Shown here piece by piece: positions 38,625 to 52,307 of a stretch of 64,000 nt of DNA. A model generated the notes under the pieces. It was not told the origin of the DNA and ran no database searches. It was given only the letters and a program-made list of their open reading frames with translations. Position 1 is the stretch's first letter, and every line of letters begins with the position of its first letter. A program made the translations under genes and the position numbers. This DNA is from Octopus vulgaris (lineage: Eukaryota), in assembly GCA_951406725.2 (NCBI GenBank), contig OX597826.1:72416001-72480000 (forward strand), given 5' to 3'.

Positions 38625-38709
38625 TGAGTGTGTGTGTTTCTATATATTTTTGTTGTGCATTTGTACCTCTGTAACACATTATTATATCTGCTTTCCTTGA
38701 CTGTCTTAC

Positions 38710-38791
38710 TATTCCACCAAATTCAACATTGATCTTTGATGTTCAGCTCATATCTCTCTCACCCACCAACAGTTACAAAAACCAGAACTGA
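38710..38791 (+). CDS. FKBP1A: FKBP12 coding exon 6 (IPPNSTLIFDVQLISLSPTNSYKNQN*)
   Basis: Matches IPPHATLVFDVELLKLE, stop TGA 38789-38791. Total CDS 37+48+90+23+74+82 = 354 nt = 117 aa plus stop. Confidence 0.93.
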
Positions 38792-39470
38792 TGCCTTTAA
38801 CTTGACTCTCAACTCTCTTCGAACCTAACCTATCTTTATACGATTATTTACTGTACATTCATGATGATGGCTACTCCTACGACAACAATTCACCATGTGG
38901 CCAGTCCTGCAAAACTCACTCTGGGTGTCAAGTTTTTAATATTTTCTTTTCTATCTTCTGCCATAAGAGTGAAGCTGCCATTTTCATAAATCCAAAGATT
39001 TTTACTCAAAATTTCACTTTCAAGATTTTTTTTAATTCTATACTTTTTAAAATTTGAGTATATTTCTTGATTTCCTCTGTGTTGTTAGCTTATGGAGAGA
39101 AAATGTAGGGCTTAAGTCCTTATACTAATTTCATTCTGTACAATTCACACAGAGTTGTATAACAAAACTACAAACTAGCTCTGGGAACTACTATTTCTTA
39201 CAAATTCACTTAAGTTAAAGAGGTTTTCCTTCTTTTTTATTATTCTTTTTGATTAAATATTCTCTGATCATCTTAAATAAAATTTTCTCTGAATATCTTA
39301 AAAAAGAATTTTGTATTTACAAACAATTTTTTGAAATTTTAGGTTAAAAAAAAAAAACGAATATATTTTCAAAGTAAAAGTTAGGCCAGTATCAATGTAA
39401 AAAGTTTTCAATTGGAAACATTCTGAAATAATTCTAAATAATAACATAATAAAACAATGTTTAGTCTTCA
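38792..39470 (+). other. Probable FKBP12 3' UTR with AATAAA at 39276 and 39448
   Basis: U-rich, TE-free stretch after the stop, two AATAAA hexamers. Confidence 0.45.
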
Positions 39471-39738
39471 TTTGGAAACAATTCCTTTTCTTTGTGTTGG
39501 TTTTTGTTTATCAGAGGAAGTCTGTCAAATTTTTATCAAAATATTTTCATTCCAAAAATGAAAAAAAACCCCTCTATTTGCAGACAAATTTGGATCAAAG
39601 AAACACATGAAGTCTTTCAAAGAGAGGACGTGTAAAATTGTAGTGTTTAGTTAACAGCAACAAAATTGGTCAGTAGTATTTCCTGAGATTTGAAGAACTT
39701 TTAAGGTTTAATACTTAGCTGTAGTCTATTAGTGTTGA

Positions 39739-40115
39739 GTGGAGGCACAATGGCCCAGTGGTTAGGGCAGCGGACTCGCGGTTTCGATTCCCAGACCGGG
39801 CGTTGTGAGTGTTTATTGAGCGAAAACACCTAAAAGCTCCATGAGGCTCCGGCAGGGGATGGTGGTGATCCCTGCTGTACTCTTCACCACAACTTTCTCT
39901 CACTCTTACTTCCTGTTTCTGTTGTACCTGTATTTCAAGGGGCCGGCCTTGTCACTCTCTGTGTCACGCTGAATATCCCCAAGAACTACGTTAAGGGTGC
40001 ACGTGTCTGTGGAGTGCTCAGCCACTTAGACGTTAATTTCATGAGCAGGCTGTTCCGTTGATTCGGATCAACCGGAACCCTCATCGTCGTAACCGACGGA
40101 GTGCTTCCACACCAC
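39739..40115 (+). mobile_element. tRNA-headed SINE family C with 11-bp TSD. Related heads: ~7453-7765(-), 10634-10968, 27670-28008, 52304-52580, 52602-52908
   Basis: ggaggcacaatggcccagtggttagggcagcggactc...ggtttcgattccc; TSD ATTAGTGTTGA at 39728-39738 and 40116-40126. Confidence 0.85.
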
Positions 40116-40218
40116 ATTAGTGTTGAACAGATGAAAGGAAAATTTTTAGATGGCATCAGCAATTGTCAGAGGAGTGTTTGGCATGATCGGTAAATATTCA
40201 CAACAAATGTAGAGTTAT

Positions 40219-40697
40219 TTGGCTTCCGTGCCAGTGGCACATAAAAGGCACCATTCGAGTGTGATCATTACCAGCGTCGCCTTACTGCAACTTGTGCCCA
40301 TGCTAGTAGGGTGCCAAGAGCACTATCCGAGCGTGATCGTTGCCAGAGCAGCCAACTGGCTTTCGTGCCGGTGGCACGTAAAAGGGCACCATTCGAGCGT
40401 GATCATTACCAATGTCGCCTTACTGGCACCTGTGCCGGTGGCATGTGTAAAAAGATTCGAGCGAGGTCATTGCCAGTACCGTTGGACTGGCCCCTGTGCC
40501 AGTGGCACGTAAAAAGCACCCACTACACTCTTGGAGTGGTTGGTGTTAGGAAGGGCATCCAGCTGTAGAAACTCTGCCAGATCAAGATTGGTCCCTGGTG
40601 CAGCCATTTGGTTCGCCAGCCCTCAATCAAAATCGTTCAACCCATGCTAGCATGGAAAGCGGACGTTAAACGATGATGATGATGATGATGACGACGA
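40219..40697 (+). mobile_element. Family T tail
   Basis: Five units plus 3' block. Confidence 0.85.
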
Positions 40698-41761
40698 CTA
40701 GTCAAATATAAAACCAAATACATGCCAAAGTCTATGAGTTGGTAGCTTATTTATATGGCAAAGATTGCCTTCAAATAGAAATTGTAGTTGTGATACCTGT
40801 ACCAGTGGCATGTAAAAAGCACCATCCGAATGTGTCCGATGCCAGCACCACCTTGACTGGCTTCCGTGCCGTGTTTTGAGCATTTTTAAAATTGGCAGAA
40901 CCCAGCCTTCTCCAGATTCTTTTCACAGTAGATTTCTAAAGAGAGAGAAGACTTGACTCTCAAACAGGATTGGTGTTTCTTTTATTTATGCTGACGGATG
41001 AAAGATTTAGTTGACTTTCAGGTTACAGAGATTCAGAACAATCACAGCAAGGTCCTCTATCTGATATTCAGGTGACTCTGCTAATTCCCTGTTGTATGAG
41101 GAGGATTTGTAGAAGTTCAATATATGTGTAGCCTGATATCAGTTGAAGACCAATGGAACAGTCTGGTATGTATAGGCACACTGATACTGGTTGTTTTGAT
41201 GAAACTAGAAAAAAATAGTTGGTTAGGAGTGGCTGTGTGGTAAGTAGCTTGCTTACCAACCACATGGTTCCGGGTTCAGTCCCACTGCGTGGCACCTTGG
41301 GCAAGTGTCTTCTACTATAGTCTCGGGCCAATCAAAGCCTTGCAAGTGTATTTGGTAGATAGAAACTGAAAGAAGCCCGTCATATATATGTTTGTGTGTC
41401 TATCCCCCCAACATCGCTTGACAGCTGATGCTGGTGTGTTTACGTCCCTGTAACTTAACGGTTTAGCAAAAGAGACCGACAGAATAAGTCCTGGGATCGA
41501 TTTGCTCGACTAAAGGCGGTGCTCCAGCATGGCCACAGTCAAATGACTGAAACAAGTAAAAGAGTGACCCTTTTGCATTCAGGTTACTGTTTCAAATGTA
41601 AGGATTATTTATTCATCTTCTTTTGAATTAATCATGCATTATCTTGTTGATTCGAGATTTTAGTGATGTGATTTCTTTATTTTTAGAGTGACATTGTAGG
41701 ACAGGTGTGAGAGGCTGAACTGATTGGTTTGAACATAAAACAGGTAGAATATTTAGCTGAT

Positions 41762-42063
41762 TTAACCCTTTAGCATTCAGATTACTCTGTGAAATGTAAT
41801 GCTTATTTATTCACATGATTGGAGCCTGGTGCAGCCTTCTGGCTTGCCAGTCCTCAGTCAAATCGTCCAACCCATGCCAGCATGGAAAGCGGACAACGAT
41901 TATGTTGATGATTGTTTTGAATTAATTATGAATTGTCTTGCAGCTTCAAGATTCTGATGACATGTTTATTTTTAGAATAATAATGAAGGTTAGATGTGAT
42001 GGGTCAGATTCAGCCAGTAAAGTAGGTAGAATATTTTGGCCAGTTCAGATGCTAAAGGGTTAA
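41762..42063 (+). mobile_element. piggyBac-type MITE with an inserted RTE-tail fragment; related copies at ~41567 and ~24765
   Basis: ttaaccctttagcattcag ... cagatgctaaagggttaa. Confidence 0.7.
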
Positions 42064-42473
42064 ACAAAGAGAATGATGATGATGATGTATATCTTAAGCA
42101 TCTGCTAAAGACAATGCCTCTCTTCTTGGCTGTAATATTTTGTCTCAGAAAAAAAGAATTTCTCAGAGAGGCTTGGGTGCTTAAAAAAAAATCCAAGGCT
42201 CAGAATGTCCATTGATTGTCAGACACTGTGTTTCTATTTCATTCAGTCTCCTCCATGGTAAATCCTACTCCAGTCCCCACATGTTCTAAGCTAAGCTGAA
42301 AAATGCATGTGATATAGAAATCATTATGAATGTTATTATACATGTTGGTATTTTGATACCCACAAGAAACTCATTCATAGAGACAGGAAAGTTTTCATGT
42401 AACAAAGAATAAAGAACTCAAATCACATAGTTCAAAGTATAATTGCAAAGATGGTGAACATTATGGAAAACAC

Positions 42474-42965
42474 TGTTGTTGTTGTTGGCATCCTTTCTGT
42501 CTCGGGAGACAATGGAGTTGCGCATAAAGTAGTCTAGTCCGGCTTTTATATTTCATGTCCTGATACATTTCCTGCTGTGGCTGTGTAGTCCTATCCTGGA
42601 CAAACACTCCCTCTGGCAGGTACCGCAAATGTAGCGAAGACTGTTCCTGGCTGGTTGTAATGCCATAGTCTCTTGTTTACGTCCCTTCCTTTCTTTCCAT
42701 TTCTCCTCTCTCTCTCTCTGTCACTCCTTTGTATTCCCTCTTTTACGGTACGTCGCCATTCTCCATGGTTGCCGGCAACTGCCTCCCAACCGCTAATATT
42801 GATGTTGCAAGCCTTCATGTCCCTTTTGCAAACATCCTTGTAACGTAAGATCGCTCTACCCACAGACCTAGTACCCCTAGCAAGCTCTCCGTAGAGTATG
42901 TCCTTGGGGATTCTGCCATCTTTTATACGGCTAACATGCCCAAGCCATCTCATACGTCTTAACAA
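42474..42965 (-). mobile_element. RTE (BovB-like) LINE 3' end with (caa)n tail
   Basis: RRMRWLGHVSRIKDGRIPKDILYGELARGTRSVGRAILRYKDVCKRDMK. Confidence 0.88.
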
Positions 42966-43154
42966 AATTATAGATTCTGCTTTGAGTGGTTTTCACAAAG
43001 AATGTCAATAAATTCCAATTCACTTGGATTGGCCAGGCTGTCTGGTGCCGAGTCGGCTCTGCTGGCCACAGCATTTGGTCCATTCCCCTTGTGCTTTTTC
43101 CATTCTCCCTCCATGTTGTTCCAAACATTTTTCTTAAATTTTGATGAAAAGAGA

Positions 43155-43420
43155 ACATCTGCTTACAGCACAGAGAGCCATGGAAAGGTCAATGTTGGGA
43201 ATCTCACTAAAAGATCACATCACACTCGGAATGAGGAGATGAGGGATAGAAGTGGAGTGGAGGACATCATTGCAGAATGCCGCCATGCAAAGCTACGATG
43301 TTGCCGGTCATGTCGCAAGGTTCACAGACAATCGGTGGACTTGTGCAGTTGTTGAGTGGTAACAGTATAAACAGAAGAGACCAACCGGAAGACCTCTAAT
43401 CATGAATGAAGATGATTTAA
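43155..43420 (+). mobile_element. RTE LINE 3' fragment
   Basis: AQRAMERSMLGISLKDH-TRNEEMRDRSGVEDII...KLRC.GHVARF. Confidence 0.7.
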
Positions 43421-43589
43421 GAGATTTCAATTACTGAATATAATAATAGGTCTATTCTTCTTCCTTCTTTAATTTTGTATGCGCACCATTTTTATGTTGT
43501 TATATTAAGAACTGTACACAAGTTGCAGGATGGAAAAAAAAAAATCACCAATGTTGTGTACACTGAAGTTTTCCAGTGTTAAAACCTTT

Positions 43590-44150
43590 GTGACCATGTG
43601 GTTTGGGGTTCAGTCCAACTGTGTGACCCCTTGAGCAGGCGTCTTCTATTATAGCTCTTTTCTACTCTAGGCACAAAGCGGGAAATTTTTTGGGAGGGAG
43701 GGGGCAGTCAATTACATCAACCCCAGTATGCAACTGGTACTTAATTTAATGACCCCCAAAAGGATGAAAGGCAAAGTCGACCTCAGCAGAATTTGAACTC
43801 AAAACCTAAAGACAGATGAAATACTGCTAAGCATCTCGCCCGGCCTGCTAACAATTCTGCCAGCTTGCCGCCTTCTACTATAGCTCTGAGCTGATATACA
43901 CCTTGTCAGTGAATTTAGCTGTCAGAAACCATGTGGAAGCCTTTCGTATATGTATGAATATATATATATGTGTGTGTGTGTGTGTCCTTCCACTGCTTAA
44001 CATCTGGTGTTGGTTTGTTCCTGTCCCTTTTACTAAGTAGTTCAGCATAAAGACCGACAGATCTGGAAAAGTGTCAGGGTTGATTTGTTTGACTAAACCC
44101 TTTCGAGGCAGTGCCCCAGCATGGCCAGAGAATAATGACTGAAAACCAGT
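43590..44150 (+). mobile_element. Family B SINE interrupted by a family A SINE (-) with a 15-bp TSD
   Basis: TTCTA(T/C)TATAGCTCT at 43644-43658 and 43873-43887. Confidence 0.75.
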
Positions 44151-44259
44151 TAGAGATAGGATATGTGTATATATTTGTATGTAGTCTGGGTATTTTTCTC
44201 ATAATATTTAGTTATTTTTTAATCATCAACACCAGTTTTAGAAATCATGACCAAAATAT

Positions 44260-44798
44260 TCTTTTCTACTCTAGGCACAAGGCCTGGATTTTTGGGGGAG
44301 AGGGCCAGTTAATTAGATCGACTCCAGTACGCAACTGGTACTTATCGACCCCAAAAGGACGAAAAGCAGAATGTAAAGACAGACGAGATACCTATTTATT
44401 TGCTACCCACAAGGGGCTACACACAGAAGGACAGACAAACGGATTAAGTCGATTATATCGACTCCAGTGTGTAACTGGTACTTAATTTATCGACCCTGAA
44501 AGTATGAAAGGCAAAGTCGACCTTGGTGGAATTTGAACTCAGAATGTAACGGCAGACAAAATACCTATTTCTTTACTGCCCACAAGGGGCTACACACAGA
44601 GGGGACAAACAAGGACAGACAAACGGATTAAGTCGATTACATCGACCCTAGTGCGTAACTGGTTCTTATTTAATTGACCCCGAAAGGATGAAAGGCAAAG
44701 TTGACCTCGGCGGAATTTGAACTCAGAACGTAGCGGCAGACAAAATACCACTAAGCATTTCGTCTGGCGTGCTAATGATTCTGCCAGCTTGCTGTCTT
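44260..44798 (-). mobile_element. Three stacked, partial family A SINEs
   Basis: Repeated cccacaaggggctacacacaga...ggattaagtcgatta blocks. Confidence 0.75.
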
Positions 44799-45301
44799 AC
44801 GACAAAGATGATATTGGAGATATTCTCTGGTTTGCCAGCTCCAGTCAAACTGTCCAAGTTATGCTAGCATAGAAAAATGAATGTCAATCGATGATACAGG
44901 TATGGCTGTGTGGTTCGAAGTTTGCTTCCCAACTACATGGCTCCAGGTTCAATCCCACAGTGTGGCACCTTGGATACATGTCTTCTATAGCCTCAAGCTG
45001 ACCAAAGCCTTGTGAGTAGATGGAAACTGAAAGAAGTCCATCATATATATATCTATGTGCCTGTGTTTGTTCCCACTCCACCACCACTCGATCACCAGTG
45101 TTGGTGTGTTTATGTCCCCGTAACTTGGTGGTGTGGCAAAAAACACTGATAGAATAAGAGTTAGGCTTAACAAAAAAATAAGTGCTGGGGTTGATCCATT
45201 TGACTAAAATTCTTCAAGGTGGTGCCCCAGCATGGCCATAGTTTGATGACTGAAAGAAAAGAATATTACATATACTCACCTTTATATATAATGTATATAC
45301 G

Positions 45302-45845
45302 AAATCAAAATCAAATCAAATTCGATGACTGGCATCCGTGCTAGCAGGGTGCAAAGAGCACCATACGAGTGTGATCGTTGACAGAGCGGCTAACCAGCTT
45401 CCATGCCAGTGGCACATAAAAGGCACCATTCGAGTGTGATCGTTACCAGCATCGTCTTACTGGCACTCGAGCCCCGTGCTAGTAGGGTATTAAGAGCACC
45501 ATCCGAGCGTGGTCGTTGCCAGAGCGGCTAACTGGCTTCCGTGCCAGGGGCATGTGGGAGGCACCATTCGAGCATGATTGTTACCAGCATCACCTTACTG
45601 GCACCTGTGCCGGTGGCATGTGTAAAAGATTTGAGTGAGGTCATTGCCAGTACTGCCTGACTGGGCATGTAAAAGCACCCACTACACTCTCGGAGTGGTT
45701 GGTGTTAAGAAGGGCATCCAGCTGTAGAAACTCTGCCATATCAAGATTGAAGCCTGGTGCAGCCATCTGGTTCGCCAGTCCTCAGTCAGAATCGTCCAAC
45801 CCATGCTAGCACGGAAAGCGGACGTTAAACGATGATGATGATGAT
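45302..45845 (+). mobile_element. Family T tail
   Basis: Six units plus 3' block. Confidence 0.85.
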
Positions 45846-48022
45846 GTACATAACAGACAACAGAACTATCAGAGAAAAGAGTAAACTGTTTTTTTATTTG
45901 TTCTTAAAATGTTTTTGTTTAGTTGGTTTTTGTGTAGAGGTTAGATGGGGGTGAGGGGGTGGGGAGAGAATAATGATTTACATTGAATCACTGAAACATA
46001 CAAAAGGAGAACTTAAAATATACAACTGAAGACATTTTTACTGAGGGGTGGGTGGTAGGTGGTGTCTTAGTGGTGGGGGGGACAGACATGTATGTATAAA
46101 ATGTGAAAAAGTTAAAGAAATTGTTTTGTTTTTTTTTTTTTGTTAAAAAGAGAATATTTAAGACTTGGATTAATTGAAATGTATTTTAATATGTAATATG
46201 TAAAACTATTAACATTACAGACATCAATGCTGGCATCATAAAACAAAAACAAAAAAATTTACCAGCAATCTAAGGCCCATAGTCACTGGTGTATGAATTA
46301 TGAACTGGTTTGAAACCAGTCCCTTCAGTCACTGACAAATGTTTAGTATTTTAGTCACAAGTAAAGGAGGTAGTGAGTCTTCAGAAACGTAGACTATACT
46401 CTAATTTGGATACAATGATAGAATATTCTAGGATTTAACTAGGGCAGTAAACAAATCTTTTAGCTTGTTATCTAGTACTGCCATTTACAAAGGCAAAAAG
46501 CAAAATCTATTTAGATTGTGTCTAAATCTGCCAAAGGCATATTAAATTGATAGAAACATTTGCAATATATGAATATATCAAAGTTCATTTAGGGGGAGAA
46601 AAAAAAGTCCCCACAATAACAAAACATTTGATCACATTGGAGTATTTTTATGGATTGAAGTTTATTTGAATAGGAGAAGAAGAAGAAAAAAAAAGCTGTG
46701 ATGGTGTTTAAGTTCTTAATCCTAAATTAATTCTGATACATCAATAATGTCTTAAAATATTCATCATAGTGTTCACTAGTGTTGGTTTTTAATTATTAAG
46801 TATATATATATTTGTATGTGTTTGTGTGTGGACATATATATGTATGTATAATTTGCACATGTCTGTAATTCTATGTAGACATGTAAGTCTATTTTAATTA
46901 TATAATTTACGAGTGTACATGTGTTTCCATGGGAAACAAATTGTCAGTAATATTCTGAAGGACTTTCATCCATAGACAGACGGACAACTAAATGGTGAAG
47001 AATATCCTGATGACTTAAAATCTTTGTCAATTTTTATTTGTTGAACATTTTCACTCAGATTACAAATGTCAGTAGGAAGTGTTCATATTTGCATTGGATA
47101 TAGTGAGATCAGGTTTGTTAATAAGTCCAGGTAATGGCAAACAGTGTGTGTATGTGTGTGTGTGTGTTAAGATAATTATTCTGACAACCCAACAGAGTTC
47201 CTGTTTTGTATAACACAAGAGGAGGGGCTAATTGGTACACATCCACTACAGTAATTATTAAATAGGAATCATAAAAAATAACGAACAAGATATGTTTAAT
47301 TTTCAAGAAAAAGAAGAGGAGGAACAAATTTAAAATATAAATATATGACTGTTTTTTTTTAAGAAAAAGAAAAGGAATAAAAATGTTTCTATGTAAACCT
47401 GGAATAAAATCAGAGATTACAAGGGTTTTACGAGAAGGGGTAGGGATCGTTTTATGATTTTTTTTCCTTACAGGAAGAAGCAAAGAAGAAATCTGATAGT
47501 TTGAAAACACAGTGAATCTACTTGAAAAGCTATATTTTTATCATCCATACCACTACCTGGTATTCTACAATATCTAAAGACAGCCAAGTTGAAACTAATT
47601 CAGTGTGACCCCACTGATGGATCATCTACAGAAATGCTACACTGAAGTAGCGTAGCATTACTTCACCAGGAAAAACATGAAAGCTAGTTCAGTTGAACAG
47701 CAGGATCAATAACCGGTTGTTAGAACTAAGATCCAGTGATGAGGTGGGATGGATTCACTAATATCCTCACCTCTGAACTCATATAAGAACTAGAAGGTAA
47801 GTACAGACTTACCATAATACAAAATTTAATAAATGATTCACAGTAGAACAGGAATTATATAATCACATTCATTGGCTTACAGCTGTTTTTGCTATAAGGA
47901 ACTGTGCATCCAAAGGAGAACTGGGTAATAATGTGACATGGCTTCATCAGAGATTCTTATAGTAGAAATCACTAAGCCAATGAATGTGATTATGTCAAGT
48001 CTATTCTTTTGTCATTCATTTG

Positions 48023-50150
<2,128 letters not shown>

Positions 50151-50259
50151 GTGTGTGTGTGTGTATGTATGTAGAAGGTTGAAAAGGAACACACGAGATG
50201 ATATATATGGAAAAAAAGTGAAGGTAGAAAATGCTAAAATAACTTTATAAAAAACATTT

Positions 50260-50295
50260 CAGTACCGGTTTCAGTCATTGACACTTTTTCAACTG
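50260..50295 (-). ncRNA. Mirror copy of the minimal hammerhead-like motif in the other palindrome arm
   Basis: Reverse complement reads CAG-TTGAAAA-AGTG-TCAAT-GACT-GAAA-CCGG-TA-CTG. Confidence 0.55.
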
Positions 50296-50535
50296 TAAGT
50301 ATGGAAAACAATTAAACTTTGGAAAAAAAGTTTTTTAAAAGAATATTTGCATAGTGTTCGAATACAAGTGGCATTTTCCTTGTTTCTCTCTCTCTCTTGT
50401 TTACTCTTGTGTAAACAAGAGAGAGAGAGAGAGAGAAACAGGCAGAAACAAGGAAAATGCCACTTGTATTCGAACACTATGCAAATATTCTTTTAAAAAA
50501 CTTTTTTTCCAAAGTTTAATTGTTTTCCATACTTA

Positions 50536-50571
50536 CAGTTGAAAAAGCCTCAATGACTGAAACCGGTACTG
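50536..50571 (+). ncRNA. Minimal type-I hammerhead ribozyme-like motif (Penelope-type, U3:A8 variant)
   Basis: CAG-TTGAAAA-AGCC-TCAAT-GACT-GAAA-CCGG-TA-CTG: stem I CAG/CTG, core UUGAAAA, stem II, GAAA, palindromic ACCGGU stem III, GUA cleavage triplet. Confidence 0.55.
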
Positions 50572-50656
50572 AAATGTTTTTTATAAAATTATTTTAGCAT
50601 TTTCTATCTTGACTTTTTTCTCCATATATATATATGTACATGTGTATGTCTATGTG

Positions 50657-50690
<34 letters not shown>

Positions 50691-52261
50691 CAAGAGAGAG
50701 AGAGAGATAGAAATAAGTAATTCCGCCTGTAATCTTTACTGTGGCTTCAGCCCACATTTAAAGACTTAAAGAAAGGTATTGGAATCTCAATAACTGGCAA
50801 GTTTGTTCCTTTAACTGTGTCAAATTAATTAGAAAAAAACATTGGGTAAGGATAAATGGAGCAAATAATTCATTTCTAGAAATCAAACATATCAAAAATG
50901 AATTGTTTTCCAAAGACAATGTATATATATATATATATATATAAATAACTGTTGAAATTACATTTAATTAGTTGGTTTAATATCTTTAAAAAATGTAGTC
51001 TTAATTAGTAAATACTCTGTTACTATTATTCCAGATACCAAAATACCTTGATTGATTGGGAAACAACTTCTGAACAATTTTGAGTTAGTTTTGGTCAATA
51101 GAAATTATTTTTTAAAAAAATGACACTAAACAAGAAACAATGGAATATTTAAACTCTACACACGATTAATCTTCCCTTAAACTGCTTTACTAATTCTGAA
51201 GAATTTGAAATTAAGAATGCAAGACTTTTTAAATAAAAGCCATTTATTTATAGTTAATGGTAAACAAAATTTAATTAAGAGCACAGTTCAATTAATTCTA
51301 AAGTGGTAACTCTGTGTTTTACTGCTGAATTAAATTTGAAAGTTTCATAGAAAAAATTTGAAAGACTTTTTGTATTAAAGATTTTCAATTGTATGTGTTA
51401 TGTGTATGTAGCAAGATCTGTTGCAACTGGATGTATATAATTGTACATTGTAAAATCATTACATGAAATTTTAATGGCAAGTTAAAAAAAAAAAATTAGA
51501 TGCGTAGATGATCTGTAGTAGAAAATGGTTAAATAATAATAATAATAATGGTTTCTTAATAATAATAATAATAAGGTCAAAAATCAATGGTTGAAGATGA
51601 AAAGGATTTAAAATTCAGAAGACATGATTCAAAATAAAACAACAAAGCAACAACTACACAGTACAAAAAAAAAAATCTACCTCAATTCACTCTCAGAATG
51701 ATATATTTTAGCACACACACACACACACACACACACATACATTCTTACTATATCTCTCTCTCTCTCTCTCTGTTACACTGATACACACATTACCCCCCCC
51801 CACCTCGACCAGTCAAATACTTTACATTCACATGAGCAGAGTGGAGAGACGAAGACAAACAAAACGGTAAATGTGATTCCATCTTTGGTTGAGATTGCAT
51901 CTAGAACGATCTTTGAGTCTTTGGTAAAAAATTCATAATGGCTGATATTTTTTAGTTTCCATTAAACAAAACAAAAAAAAACATTAAGAAATGAAACACT
52001 GACTCTGTGGACTCGTGTCTTGTTTAGACATCAGTTCAGATTGGATGCTGTTTAGATGTGTTGTTTTCATAAATGAGTGAATAGTGTACATATGTATAAA
52101 ATGAAGTATGTGTACATGCATACACACACACAGGCAAGTGAATGCAAATGGGTGCACACTTGCACATAAGTGAGCATGCAGACACACACACACACACACG
52201 TATACATGTGTGTATATGTATGTATATATGTAATGTGTGTGTGTATGTTTATTTTTGTGTC

Positions 52262-52307
<46 letters not shown>

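Larger units (their letters stand above)
37043..38709 (+). other. U12-type (minor spliceosome) AT-AC intron of FKBP12
   Basis: 5' end ATATCCTTTT, branch sequence TTCCTTGAC at 38693-38701, terminal AC at 38708-38709. Removal restores GT|T ATT CCA CCA AAT = V-IPPN exactly. Confidence 0.92.
50201..50635. mobile_element. Near-perfect ~430-bp palindrome, probably Penelope-terminus-derived, between TA repeats
   Basis: Arms of ~200 bp are reverse complements, with a short loop at ~50405-50410. ORFs 50289..50477(-) and 50354..50542(+) share identical ends. Confidence 0.85.

Noticed and set aside
39739-39800. tRNA-like sequence with A and B boxes
   Set aside because: SINE head that continues into a repeat body with a TSD; no complete cloverleaf.
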